From Selaginella moellendorffii (taxonomy: Eukaryota; Plantae; Lycopodiophyta): a DNA stretch of 64,000 nt. The stretch is from the NCBI RefSeq assembly GCF_000143415.4, contig NW_003314261.1:2060117-2124116 (forward strand), read 5' to 3'. How positions within the stretch are numbered: position 1 is the first letter of the stretch; each line of letters opens with the position of its first letter. Below the pieces are notes generated by a model. The model did no database searches, was not told the DNA's origin, and was given only the letters and a program-made list of their open reading frames with translations. Positions 31,442 to 44,652 of the stretch are shown piece by piece. A program made the translations under genes and the position numbers.

Positions 31442-34400
31442 GCCTCAGGTACCTGTTTGAGCAGAAGAACGATCAGGGAAGAAATAAAAAATCTTACTTC
31501 CGGATTGGCAGGCTGCTGCTGCTGATGCTGGATGACGCTTCTCAGCATCGGCTGCATTATACTCCCGATATCCACATTCTGCGAGCCAGCACCACCTTCT
31601 CCCAAAGTTTGCATCATCTGCTGTGCAAGGTTGCCAAACGCAGGAGTCCTGATAATGTTCCCGATGAGGCTTGCAAAGTTGTTCTCGTTGAGCGACGGTG
31701 ACGTCGGTGGTGGCGACCTTGAATCAGTTCTAGCAGCAGGATCACTCTGACTTGAGCTCTCCGTCCGCCTTCTAGGCTGTACAAGAATTTACTGAGTGAA
31801 CAGAAAGAGATTGAAACATACCACTAGCGGACGCAAGCGGCCCAAACCCAAGCCAGCCGGAAGATTTAAGCTAGGCTGGGGAGCAGTCGGAGTAGAGGTT
31901 GTAGTAGCTGTTTGGTCGAGTGACCTGTTGGTTGCATCACGAGAATCTGTCGATGGCTGCAATAGCACAAAGTTAGCAACAAGCTTCCAAGTTTTAAAGT
32001 TAGCTCAGTACTAGTGAGGGCGGTTGAAATGGGATTGAAGAAGTCTCGCTTGGAGATGGTTGAGGTGCTGGAACACTAGCAGGCTGCTGAGGGATGGAGA
32101 CTTGTGCTTGCGCTGCAAGAGAGATAAAACAAGTTAAAACGCTTCAGTTTTAAACCAAACCAATGCAGATTACCCAGAGTAGTGGTGGGAGGAGCTGGTC
32201 CTTGTGGAAAAACTTGCGAGCTAAACGGAGCTGGTACCTGAAAATTTCCTGTTTGGAAACCAGCAAGTTGGCCGAGTGTAGCTCCCAGCATCGACGTCAA
32301 AGGATTGGATCCCATGCCCATCGTGGAGCCATTAAACTGCTGTGGATGCTGTGGAGCTCGTAAGTTTGCAAGCCCTCCAGGCCAGAGCTGGTTTAGCGCC
32401 TGTGAAACCTGTGCCATTTGTGCCGTTGGGGCAGCTTGCATAGGCACACTGGAATTAGCACCAACTGTACCTTCGTTGTCGGCTGGTGAAGCTCCAGGGC
32501 TTAAGTTCCTGGAGCGAGACGATAGCACCCGAGCGTCACCGTTATCCTGGATAACCATGATCGTCTCTTGTACCACAGCACTGGGAATACCCTGCGAGTT
32601 GTCATCTCCAACGTTTTCTTGGCCAGCACCATCTAAAACGCCCGCTGGTATTCCAGTCATAGGAACCTGTGGTTGCTGTGGTAATCCTCCCTCTTCGGTA
32701 GAAGGCGCGGCCGGAGCATTCGTTGAAGGTACTCCGGTATCACTCGTATGAATGTGGATGTTCAGGCTTCTTGGTCCTTGAGCACCTGGCCACCCCGGAG
32801 GAAACGGTGATCTTGCAGGGAAAGTACCTATCGGTTGAAAAGGCATCGGCTGCAAAATCAGTATGCACTCAGCCACAAATAAAGGTACAAATCACGAGCT
32901 TACCTGAACCATCATCTGATTTGGTCCAGTAGGAGAAACGAAAACTGCCGGACCAGAATTTACAAAGGCTTCAGCCTGTAGAAACCATGTGAAAGGTGCT
33001 CAGCGGAAGTAGCAAAGAATGAAATCTAGATGCTTACAGGCGTGGATCCCATATGCAAAGTCATGGTAGTCCTGCCAAGTTCCATCAGTAGAGCCCCAAG
33101 CTGCTGCATAATCGTCCCACTCCAAGCAGCAGCAGCTTGGACCTCTCCACGCATATTGACGTCGGCCAGTGTCACTTCGTTCTCAAGTTGTCCAGCCAAT
33201 GCCTTAACAATTCAGGTTACTATGGAGTCAAAAAAAATGGAGAGAACTTACAGCAAGAAGCACCGCAGCCTGACCAGTAAGTAGCGACTGCGCACGACGA
33301 ATGATTCCACCCAGCCCTGCCGGACTGAAAAGCGGTCTATTCACTGCAGGAGGACTTCTTTGTCCATTTGCAGAAGGTTCACCAAGAGCAGGAGGAGAAG
33401 TCTGGCTTGAGCTTTGGTTCTGAGTCTGGGGCTGGTTTGATGGCGGATTCGGAGTCTGGTTCGGAGTCTGGTCCGGAGTCTGGTTCGAAGGCTGGTTTGA
33501 AGGCTGAGCACTCGCAAGTCCTGTGAAACATGTCAATTTTTTGGAAGCTTGGAGCCAAAAAAGAAAAGAAAGAAACACACTCACCAAACATTTGTTCCAT
33601 GCGACTGAGATAAATTGCCATTGTTGTCAGTGCATCAGGCGGAACCTGAAACCCCTGGTTTCCTCCAAAGGAAAGGCCCAGGCGCGGGGCAGTAAGAGGT
33701 GTACCTTGTTGCAAGTCGGCCGGACCCATGGGAACGTTTGATCCTGGAAGGTTTCCAACAGAGCCAAGAACAGCCGAAACAATCTGTCACCATTATACAG
33801 TAAGCCAAGAACAAAAACAGAAAACTAGCGGAGGAACTCACTCTATTAAAATCAGGAATCCCTCCATCCCCGACGGTCGGAACATTGATAGTTCCAACGA
33901 CGAGACTGTGAGTGACTCCCCGGCCTTGCTGGTTCGGATCCGCTTGTCCCTGCGCACTCGCTTGATCGGCTATAGAAACTTAAGTCGTTTAGTCTCACGT
34001 TTTCCGAAAGTTCTACTCACCTTGAGCTTGAGTTTCACCGGACTGTGGTTGCGGCCTTGCCACCAAATGCAACGTATGCCCGTCTTCAACGTCTGGCCAT
34101 CATCGCTAAGAAGATCAAAAAATGTTCGCAGAAACAAAGACAAGGAACATACTGTAAGCCGATAGAAGTTGATCGTCTTTCAGCACTCTCCCGCGGCAAA
34201 TCAGCCTTTGGTCCTGCGCTGGAATTCCCACCAGTTCCTGGAGTTGCTCTTTCAAGGCAGGCACAGATATCTACGAGAGAGAGAGAAAGAAAAAAACCGT
34301 GAACATCCTCCTTGTTCTTCCAATCTAAAACCATTTTAAAGACACTTACATCCTTGTTTACTCGAACAGTGTGGCTCGCCGAGTCCAATGTCCTGATCCT

Positions 34401-34478
34401 GATCTCGACGGTAGAAGAATTGCTCGATCCCGATCCAGTTGAGCTCTCAGCTTCTCCCTCGTTTGCTCCGCTGCTCAT
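31442..34478 (-). CDS. Ubiquitin-like-domain, proline-rich BAG6/Scythe/CIP73-like protein, multi-exon, 3' end at or within the gap
   Basis: UBL domain across exons: VEIRIRTLDSASHTVRVNK / ISVPALKEQL..LVGIPAQDQRLICRGRVLKDDQLLSAY / VEDGHTLHLVAR. Also PDALTTM..YL.RM and LGALLMELGRTTMTLHMG. Confidence 0.82.
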
Positions 34479-34796
34479 TGTAGGCACTGCTGATAAGAAG
34501 GAAAAGGAAAAAATCCATATCTTTCCACCATTCGCGAGCTTAGCAAAGCGCCTACCAGGAACGCTGTGCCGGTGACCCAGAATGGATGCCGCAGTGGAGA
34601 GCGCCTTGGTCGAAAAAAAACAATGCACTGTTCTTCTTCGTCTAGGGCAAGTGAAAAATTAGGTCTGGGATTATTATGTAGGTTAAATCAGATCAAAGCC
34701 ACGTGGCAGTTCTCTTAAACCCCAGCGTTTAGGATCGACGGTGGGCGCCATTGGGCGGGAAAATTCAAACAGGTTTAGGGTTCTTGGATCCGAGTT

Positions 34797-36119
34797 ATGG
34801 CCGACGAGCCGGAATGGCTCCAGGCGAAGGCGCCGGCGGTCGTCACGTACCGGCGACGCAAGAGGTATGCGCCGCGGCTTTGTTCATTCCTAGATTCAAG
34901 ACGGGCGGATGGATTTTCAGGAAACCGGCATCCGATGAGGAGAAGTCGGATGGCTCCGACGGGGAATCCGACGTCTTGAGGCCGCTGGCGCCGTGCAAGA
35001 GCTCGAAGAATGCCGCGCTGCCGCAGCCAAAGCGGCAGCGCGGCGGCGGCGGGCAATACTTCCTGGATTTCGGGCAGTCGGATTTCTCCCAGAGCGCATG
35101 CAAGGTCTGCGGCCTCGTCTACGCGCGAGGCCAAGAGAACGACACCAAGGTTCACGAGATCTTCCACAGAAACTTCCTTCGCGGGATCCAGTTCAAGGTG
35201 AATCGATCGATGCCTGATCTCGCTTCTTACATTCTCTCGGTTCTTGCAGGGCTGGCGAAACGAGAGAGTCGCCGCTCGATTCGAGGATAGAAGCAGTCGA
35301 GTCATTGTAGTTCTTCCGCAAGATCCCGCCCAACACCACACAAAGGTATCGATCCCCTATGCTCGTGAAGTAGTGCGCTAAAACTCCATAACCAGGTGAA
35401 AGAGGTCGCCACAACCATGGAGAAAGAGATGGGCCTTCCTCCAGACTGGTTGCTAAACACCCAATACAAGGTACCTTGGAAATGGAAGGCCTCCTTTTCT
35501 CTCGTTTCTCTCATAGCGAAGCCGTCTTGCAGGTTTACCTCTATGTTGAATCGAAGAGAGTACTCGGCTGTGCCGTTGCCGAGCCGATCGACGAAGCATT
35601 CGTTGCCAGGGTCGAGAGAGATCACTGCGATAAGGGGAAAGGTACGTAAGAACAAACTGCAAACAAGTTTCTCACGCATGGCTCTTTTGTTCTACAAATC
35701 AGCCGCGAGTGTGAAGAAGGAGATGGTATTTGGCAACATCAAGTTCGTCAGAGAGGTCCAGCGCAAGATCAAAACCAGCAGCAGCAGCAGCAGCAGCAGC
35801 AGCGCGGATCTAAACAAGTCGATCTCGTATGACAACAACGCTCCGGTGGCGGCCGCGTGTGGCATCCGGGGACTGTGGGTGATGCATTCCTTCCGGAGAA
35901 AAGGAATAGCGTCTCGTCTCCTCGATACGATCAGGTAAGCTCACGTACGTAACTCCTCTCGGCCGGAGCTCATTCTGCTTGGTGTTTCTTGCCAGGGACG
36001 ATTTTGCCTTTGGATCCCAGATAAAGCTTGACAAGCTCGCCTTCTCACAGCCGACTGGAGACGGTATAGCATTCGCATCCAGCTATCTCGACACGGATAG
36101 ACTTCTCATATATACTTAG
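34797..36119 (+). CDS. CTF7: Cohesin acetyltransferase CTF7/ECO1, multi-exon
   Basis: QYFLDFGQ motif; C2H2 finger CKVCGLVY..G...D...H..FH; acetyltransferase region AACGIRGLWV..SFRRKGIASRLLDT, LAFSQPT.DG..FA..Y. Confidence 0.9.
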
Positions 36120-36259
36120 CGTTGCAAAGAGATGCAAGCGTCGATTTTGTCCGCTCGAATCATCTGTATAATCCATCGCCGGGAGAGTTTCGATCGTCAT
36201 TCCTCGGAATATGAACAAGCGTTCATGAGAAATAAAAGACAACGAACCATTTTATCTGC

Positions 36260-38182
36260 TCATGAAGGCGCTTGTGGATACACGAGCCTGTCTCGTCCAG
36301 AAACTAGCGTGGCCGACTCAATGACGTCGCCGGTTTTTAGCTGGGATAGAAGTTCACGTCCTTTGGTTGCATATCTGAAAAACCATGGATTGATTCGAGG
36401 CAGATGGAGATGAGACAAAGCTTACCCGAAAACTGCGAATTGGCCTTCTTCAAAGGAAAGTCCACCAAGCCCAGCCTGAGGTGATATAAAAGCTTAAAAC
36501 TTCGTCTATTGTAAGACAAAGAAAGTGGAAACTTACGCTTCGCCTATCATATAAGTAGAAGAAAAACTGAGATGCGGATGACAAATCTTCCGCGCTAGGG
36601 TCGTGTGCCATTGCCACAGCGCCGTATACAGATAGTGGAAGTACTGGCAGCTCGCCATCCTGAAAGAGAGAGTTGTCATTCATATATCTCTTTGAATGTG
36701 TGACTACTCACCTGAATACTCAAAGTTGTTTTGTACAGTGGCTGGAATTCCCCGGATGGCAAGATCTCCATTGGAAGGGCGTCCTGCTGAGCGCTATCCG
36801 ATAGTATCGCTTGTTCAGTTGTCCTGAGCTTGACTCCGTTGTAAAAGCCTTTTAAAACCTGGGAAGAAAACTTTAGTGACTGATAAGAACTAGATGCAGG
36901 AACCTTATCGGCGAAATTTCCAGCAGTGATGGGTGCAGAAAAACCATCAAGAACAACCTGCCAGTTTGAAACATCTCAAGAAATTTTCATAGCAATGTCA
37001 AGGAAATGAACGCAATTACCTGAATTGTTCCCTGTGGTTGAGGTCCTTGACCGGCTGCAACGGTGAAGGCCGTGTTATCACCTTTCTTCACAACCATTTC
37101 AACCAATGCTCGACCAGTAAGCCTATAGTATCAAACAAGGGGTGTTAACGAAGAATTTCCACAGGATTAAACCTGTGAAACCTGGGCAACTGTTGGTATT
37201 GTGCTGGAAGTAGATATGGAAGAGCTGGGGCCTGTTTCAGAAACCTTGGCACATAAGAAGTGAATGAACAGCGTTATCGAAAACGATCTACCTTAGGTTT
37301 TTACCTGCAAAAGCTCAATCTGAGCTATAACATCCAGGGACGAAGCAAGTCTTATTGAGACCTTGTCAGCATCTTGCTCCCCAATGCTCGCAAGCAAGGC
37401 TGGCAATCCTGCCTGAAGTCACACATTCACAAAACGAAGAAAAAGGATATGGAGAACATACTACCTTCTCATCAACTAGTGTATTGTAGAGCTCTTGTCC
37501 CGTCGCCCTCTTCTCCTCAGGTATTGAAGATATGATAGTGTCTTTGCCATCCATAACTATCTGAAAGAAAACACTCAAGACGAAGTGTATCGACAACTCG
37601 TTCGTACCTTGAGAGCTTTCTTAACATCCGATTCCATGCTACCGTATGGCTTCCTTTGTGGGATCCTGAGGAGATAGAAAATGTTTTCCAAAGGTTCCTA
37701 TGAAGAACAAAAAGTTCCAATGGAACATTGAGAGATTTTGGAGAAATATACCTGAATGGCTTTCATGGTGGGTGTGATCACAGGAATAGCTCGGCGCAGC
37801 GCTACCTCTGCAGTGCGTGGCACTTTGGTATCTGGAGAGTAGAGAATCGCATTTGCCACCGGGAAATTCCAGTCGCTAAACGGTGCTGCCACCTGCATTG
37901 CTGCGAAAATTGCTATGGCGGCCTTCTTCCAGCTCTGTGGCTCAAAAAAGGGTGAATTCGCAGCGCGTGGTGGATCTTGGAGATGTAGATGCATCGATTC
38001 CTCGCCCGCCTGGAAAGAAATCGCTCGAAATCCTTGATATTTGCACGTATTGAACTTACGGCAGCTGACCGGATCGTCGAAATCCTTGGCGCCGACACCG
38101 GCGAGAGCGACAATCCATTCCGCGGCCTGGCGCTCACCGCGGATGCTCCCACACAGACCCTAGCGCTACCGCAATGCGGCAT
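36260..38182 (-). CDS. CYP37: Chloroplast thylakoid cyclophilin CYP37, multi-exon
   Basis: Bipartite transit peptide ending ANA; ILYSPDTKVPRTAEVALRRAIP; LLRIPQRKPYGSME; VLDGFSAPITAGNF; QDGELPVLPLSVYGAVAMAH; SQFFFYLYD; GLGGLSFEEGQF. Confidence 0.92.
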
Positions 38183-38473
38183 AGCTTCGTTGTGCTAGAA
38201 AGCCTTATCCCAATGGAAAGATATTTGAATTTCTAGATTCGAACCGGGGATTTCGACAAACCCTAACCCCGTGTTCTTGGATCGAGGCCGCTCATCGCGC
38301 TGGAGCAGTGGCGCCCAAGCGGCGCCATTCCAAATTCCTGGTAGGCCGACGAATTCCTTGCTACATTCCCTCGCTACTCACACAACCGCGATTTAGCTGC
38401 ATTTCTAGATCGATCAATCGATCGAAAGAAGAGTTAAATCGTTCAATTGATCTGTCGAGAGCACAGAGAAGAA

Positions 38474-39651
38474 ATGGAGATGGCTCGGGCGAGGCGCCGG
38501 CTGGAGGCGATGCTCCAGGCCTACGTCGACACGTCACAGTAAGCATTCAAATAATCTTCCTAGAACAACTAAACTGTGTGGAAAGAAACGAGAATTTTTC
38601 AGTGTGGCTGAGGAAAATAGATCCAAAGAACACCATTCAGTGATCCTTCTTCAGGTAGATCATACTCTCCATTTTTTCTCATTCCGGTTTTCTTCTTTCC
38701 TTCATTCTTAAGCTTGCGAGCAGCTGGTACTTAATGTTTCAGTTCCTCAATAACAGTGTGCTTGGAGACGAAGAAGAGTCTACAAGCTTATCAAGAGATG
38801 GAACACTGCTGCTACAAACATCCAAAGAGTTTACCGCGGCCACCTTGGGCGAGAGAGATTCTATGCCATCAGTCGTGCCCGTGACACCAAGCTCCGAGTC
38901 GCGTACTTCAACCACAAGGCCACGACGATCCAGAGGATCTTTCGCGGGTTTTACAGCAGGAAATTCGTCCACAGCTACTACGCAAGGAAAGAGTTCCTGC
39001 TTGACGCGATGGCCCGAAACTACGAGGTGAAGACCGACATCTTTGCGAACTTCAAGCAGCAGTGGGACGCCCGGATCAACAAGGTGGCGACGAAAACCCG
39101 CGAGGAGATTGAAAAGTTCTTCAAGTCCAGTCACTACTTCGTAAGTTCTCTGGAAGCTTTTTTGGTTCCTTTTGTTTCTAAGTCTCTTCTCTTTGTTCTT
39201 GCAGCTGGGAACTGAGGCCGAAGAAGGCATGTACTACTCCCACTACCTCAAAGTTTTGGGAGAACCAAACATCATCGAGGAGAAGATCAAGGAAACGGGG
39301 AAGGCGATGAATTGCGTGGAAGAAGTGAAGCGCTTGAAGCGTCGGCCGGGGCGACCGCCTCTGTGGAGATCAAAGTACTACATCACTAGCGTCGGGCCAT
39401 ACTTCACTCGATTCGACGTGAAGAAGCAGGAGGAGAAAGAGGCGAGAGAGAACCGGCTGTTCCACCAGGACTTCATCGTCTACGCGAGGCAGCAGGACAA
39501 GATTGATATGTTCAAGGGGCCGACGATCCGGGTCCAGACAGACTACGAGCAGGGCAAAGTTAAAGATCAAAAGGGATGGACGAAGATCTCGGACAAGCCA
39601 TTCATGGTGTGCGTTCCACGGCGGCGCCGATTCTCCTGTGGTGGTTTGTAG
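38474..39651 (+). CDS. SPATA17: SPATA17-like triple-IQ-motif protein (cilia/sperm associated), 4 exons
   Basis: Spliced frame reads ENRSKEHHSVILLQ|CAWRRRRVYK..NTAATNIQRVYRGHLGRE..YFNHKATTIQRIFRGFYSRKFVHSYYARKEFL..KSSHYF|LGTEAEEGMYYS. The spacing and motifs resemble animal SPATA17. The main IQ exon is missing from the ORF track. Confidence 0.72.
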
Positions 39652-40229
39652 TCTTTGGATTTCTATAGAATGGAAAATACACTTGTTCTTAACTAAGTTT
39701 TAATGACTTTTATACTATATATGATATTAGGGTTTAGACCTGAAGAAGCCTATTTGTTGGCCAGAAAAGAAAAGGATTTTTATAAAGGAAATCAGACGGC
39801 AAGGATTAATTTGACAATATTTTTCTTTCAGCAAAATATTTATCTTCTAAATTAAAGTGGACGGCTTGGATTAATTCAAACATCTTATCTGACGTTCAAG
39901 ATTGGCAATCTGGTTCCTGACCGTTGTCTGCAGACACGATCCCGATGTTCATCTGCGACGTCTACTTTTAATATCTGACGGCCGCGCTCGCGCCACGCGG
40001 GGCAGAGGTTTTTCTTTGACCTCCTCCCTCCGGTGTCTAGGGTTTGCTTTCTTTGTTGCGGTCCCGGGGAAGGGGTCCGACAAGTGCGGGAGGGTTTGGC
40101 TGCTCGCCCTGGATCGGCGCCATTCTTCCTCTGCTAGATCGGCTCTCAGGTGTGATCTATGGCGCGCCACATTCTCCAAGGTAATGACGATTTGGTTTCG
40201 TGTCAGCTGGCTCGGCGCAATCTAGGCAG

Positions 40230-41970
40230 ATGGATGCGATCAGGAAACAGGCGAGCAAATTTCGGGAGCAAGTCGCCAAACAGCAACAGGCTCGTTTCCA
40301 TCCAGGATTGGGAGATTTGCTCACGATTTGGATTGGTGGTTCGCAGGCGGTATTCAAACAATTCTCGCAAGGATATGGCGGCTCTCAAGGGACCGACATT
40401 GTGACGAACGAGGCGGAGCAGCAGAGGCACCAGCAGCTGGAAAGATTATTTATATCTACACGCGCTGGCAAGGTATTGAGTTGTCGTTTGTTGCAACGAA
40501 GGGAATTCTTTCGATTTCTTACTCTTCTGATACTGATAGCTTTGTTGCTTTGTGTGCTGATGTGTAGCATTTCCAAAGAGAAATAGTGCGTGGAACTGAA
40601 GGATTGATCTCTACTGGATCCAAGCAGCTTGATGTTTGTAAGTGTTTCTTGTGAAAAAAATTCCAAATTGTGAGAGAGAAAAGCTTATGGTTTTTTGAAC
40701 AGCTACCAAGCTTGCGGAGGATTGCCGAAAGTATGCCGCTGAAGGACCAGCTCCGAATGGGGCCCTTGCAAAGTCGGCTACGTACTTTGGAAATGCTCGA
40801 CTCAATATTGAGAAGGAGAGAGATAGCATGCATCGAGCACTTGGTACTCAGGTAAGAAAGACATTCTTTGTGATAAGTTTTAACAAGTCTTGCAGGTTGC
40901 TGAGCCTTTGAGAGCGATGGTGATGGGAGCACCTTTGGAAGACGCGCGGCACTTGGCACAACGCTATGATCGTCTGCGCCAGGAGGCTGAAGCGCAGGTT
41001 TGGTCGGTTGTGTTCCTGCTTTTTTTCTCTTGGTACCAAAGGTGTTAATGGTCAGGGCCAGGAGGTTACTCGAAGAAGGTCGAAAGAGACCGGCCTCAAT
41101 GCAGACAACGCCTTGAAACTGCAAATGGCCGAATCGAAACTGACAGAGCTTATGGCAGCAATGACAGAGCTGGGAAAAGAAGCCGCTGCGGCGATGACTG
41201 CTGTTGAAGCTCAACAGCAGCGTCTCACATTGCAACGTCTCATTGCCATGGTAAGCATCAGTCACTGGTAATTAAAGTCCCACAGTTTTTTGCGTTTCTT
41301 TTGCCAGGTAGAAGCCGAGCGAGCTTATCATCAGCGCGTGACTGATATCCTTGACAAGCTTCACACCCAGGCAAGTTGCGACGTTCTCTTGACCGGAAAC
41401 ACAGGGCTGAGATATAATTGTTCTCCAGATGGTTGCAGAACGGTTACAGGGAGAGTCGGGCGCGTCACAACAGCTAGAGCACTCCACGTCCCCTCCTCCG
41501 TACGAGGAAGTAAAAGAGAATGGTGGCTACTCCAACGTTTATCAATCCAACTCCGACCGAAAGTCATCGTTTTTCCTGGCCGAGGTACTGGGCTCTTTTT
41601 AAAGTTATAGCTGTGCTCTAAAACGTGCCGCCCAGGTGATGCATCCTTTTGAGGCGGAATCCGAGGGAGAGCTTACGATAGCTGTTGGTGATTACGTCGT
41701 TGTTCGCCAGGTAATCTAGATGCGTTTCATGGCTCCTAGTTTTGTCATACGATTCGATCTAACTTCCAGGTTTCTACGACGGGATGGTCCGAGGGGGAGT
41801 GCCGAGGCAAAGCCGGATGGTTTCCTTCGGCCTACGTCGAGCGTCGGCAGCGTGTTCCGGCGAGCAAGGTAAGTAATGATCGATCTTCTCCTTGACACTC
41901 GTTTCTTTCGAATGGAATAATAAAAGCTTGGAGGAACTTCCAGGTCCAACCGTGCTTGTGCCCCATGTAG
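40230..41970 (+). CDS. SH3P2: SH3 domain-containing protein 2 (BAR plus SH3), multi-exon
   Basis: MDAIRKQASKFREQVAKQQQAVFKQF; LERLFISTRAGKHFQREIVRG; GAPLEDARHLAQRYDRLRQEAE; VEAQQQRLTLQRL; GWSEGECRGKAGWFPSAYVERR. The last exon is uncertain (stop at ~41894 or 41970). Confidence 0.93.
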
Positions 41971-42392
41971 GCCTTCTCGAGGAATCGATAACTTTGAGTT
42001 TGGGAGAGCTTTTCTCGCGTGATAATCTCTTGGAAGAGTGAGTACTCGGTTGTACACTGGTGCGCTTTAGCTTTTTTTTCTTCCTTCTCCTCCCCCTTGT
42101 ATTTATATATCTAATTGATTGTTTTGATGATCCAGACAGACTTAAGAGATGATACTTCTTTGGTTACAAAAATTATAGCAGAGAAAAAAAGCATACAATG
42201 TACACAAAGCCATAGCACGAATTATGCGCGGCCGCGAATGAGACATAAGAAACTTTGCCTGCTCTTACGAGAGAGATAAATATCGCCTGCCGTGAGACCA
42301 GAAGAACGCATTAAAAGAGAAGTTACGAACCAAGGAGCGATGAGGATCTTCTAGCACGGACAAAAGAACGCTCGCTCTCTCTCTGAGATCTA

Positions 42393-44221
42393 TCAGTTGG
42401 ACCAAACGTGGACAAGCCCCTGCCTGTTACCAGTGTAAATCTCGTTCCTCTCCTCGTCGTAGAACAACGCCGTCACGTCCTCGAGTGCCTCACGGACCGA
42501 GCCTCGGATGTTGGACGAGTTTGCGTGACACCGCGGGCTCACTTTGACGCTGGGATCGTCGGCTCGGATCTTTGCCAGGCACTTCCCGGTCAGGATATTG
42601 CTGATGTTGATCGAGCCTACTGCGAAAATGGAGCAGTCAGTACCACAGAAAAGAAAGAAACGATTAGAGAAACGAGAGATTGTGGTTACCTGTCTCTTCG
42701 TCGCATCCCTGGGCCTTGCAGTAGGAGATGATGAGGTCCTGCTCGCTGGTGATGTAGATGTTGTTTGTGTTACAGTCCGGGTACCACAAGAGGTGGTCCT
42801 CGAAGGAAGTGACCAGCTCGCCGCGGAAGTTCCACACGGCGACAGTGCGGTTGCGAAACGTGAGGAACAACTGGTTCTCGTACAGAAAGATGAAGGCCGA
42901 CGGTGTCATAAATTCGGTCCTGCTCACTTCCGTCAGTTGGGCGTTTCGTACCTGCGCGAACAAACCAAAAGCCGTCAGCTACAGGGATAAGCGCTTTGCT
43001 TTTACTTACGTCAAGGATTTGGAGGTTCTCGTTCTCCTGTTTCACTAGCAGCTTCTCGTTAAATTGCTCGATGAAGTCGAGCTTCTTGTTGCGGTGGAGG
43101 AGATGGTTAAACGCCTTTAGAACGGAACCATCTTCGATGGACAAGATTTTAAGAGGAACATGGCTCGCCGCTCTGTCAAATATGAGCAGCATAATGCCAG
43201 GACTGTGACCAGGAAAAAGAAAACGTCTTAAAGGAGTTCAAAAAATCACAACTTCACGCGTTACCTTATCTTAATCTCTTGGACATGCTCGTCAGATATA
43301 GAGTACAGCATGGTGTAGTTTTTGAGATCAAAAACTTTGTAAATCCTGCAAGGAGAAAAAAAAAACCATCTCAGTAGTGATTAAATGTTGCCGGAAAAGT
43401 GAGATGAGCATACCGATCCTGTGCGGAATACGTTAGCACCTTTCCGTTCACGTCGTCGAACTCCACGAAGCCGGGCCAACGCAATGATTCTGTTTCGAAC
43501 AAAGGAAATCCAGCGTCAGGCTGTCCTCTTCTAATATACCTGCGAAAAGTTAACACAAACTAGTAAAATAAAAGATGAAAGCATGGAAAGTTTTACTCGA
43601 TGGGTGTTGTCCTGCATTTTAGTGAGCTGAAATTGTCAGATGCGTATACTGAAACAGTGATGAGCGAGTCGTTGTTTTTGTTATAGAAAAGGCTTCTGAT
43701 GACTTCGTCGGAGCTGATATTGAGAAAACAGATCTTCTTATTTGTTTCTAAAAGCCCAAACGAAACAAAAAGAAAAGATTATATTTGCCAGGGAAATGTG
43801 AACGGATATGACTGCCTACCTCTGCTGAAAGCAGCACAAATGCCCGAATGCGCCAAAGCAAAAACGATGTCACGGGCAGCAACGATCTCCACGATCTTGG
43901 ACCTCTTCTTTAAGAATGGAAGTTTCAAGCATCTGTGCGCTTTGGGATCGTGGGTATCAAACTCTTCCTATTGCGAACCCCAAAGAAAAATAAAAAATGC
44001 AGCTGAGATAAGTATCTAATCCATACCTGGAGCTGGAAGTTTCGAAACTTCTCCTGGGAGCTTGTCCGATTGAACGCCCAGTTGCCCGCGCGGCTGATCT
44101 CTCGCCTCATGAGCTTTCGGACACTGTTGCCGCAGTAATCGTCAGGACGTGGTCGCTTGCCCGCTTGGATGCGCCGGCCGGACGAGGGTCTGGGGCTCAC
44201 TTGCAGCTTCTTGGAATCCAT
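42393..44221 (-). CDS. Conserved uncharacterised WD40-like/beta-propeller protein (recalled as the Arabidopsis AT2G38630/AT3G54190 family), multi-exon
   Basis: SPRP.SGRRI; EVIRSLFYNKNNDSLITVSVYASDNFSSL; LFETESLRWPGFVEFDDVNGKVLTYSAQD; DFIEQFNEKLLVKQE; EERNEIYTGN.QGLVHVWSN. Confidence 0.85.
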
Positions 44222-44652
44222 GCCTCCCCACAATCCCTAACCAAAGCACCAAACCCTCGCGGCGAGACCTCGAGCGCCAGCGGCAGGAGTAGCGCCTTCA
44301 GCCCTGCATTGTCATCGCGCAAAGGAATCGTCCCCCCAGAGCGCTAGCGCCGGAGAATCGAAGAACCGAGGAGAAAGAAGGCGCAACGCGCACTATTACC
44401 CTGCCCTAAACTCAAAAAACAACTGCAACAAGGTAAAAAACTTAGATCAAACAAATACAAACTGGGCCGTTGGATGCAACCTAGTCGGACGGCCCAGATC
44501 GAGAAATTCAAACGTCCGGCCGCCGGCGTTTTTTGAATTTCACGATTTGATCTTTACTTAGAGGGTCCAAGTGATGCATGGTTCGAATCCTTTCCCGTGA
44601 GGTCTAAGTAGTGCAAGTGGTGCATGGTTCGAATCTATTTGGGGCCGCAGCT

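Noticed and set aside
44567-44636. Two CATGGTTCGAATC motifs upstream of gamma-CAL
   Set aside because: A short local duplication with no tRNA cloverleaf or A-box.
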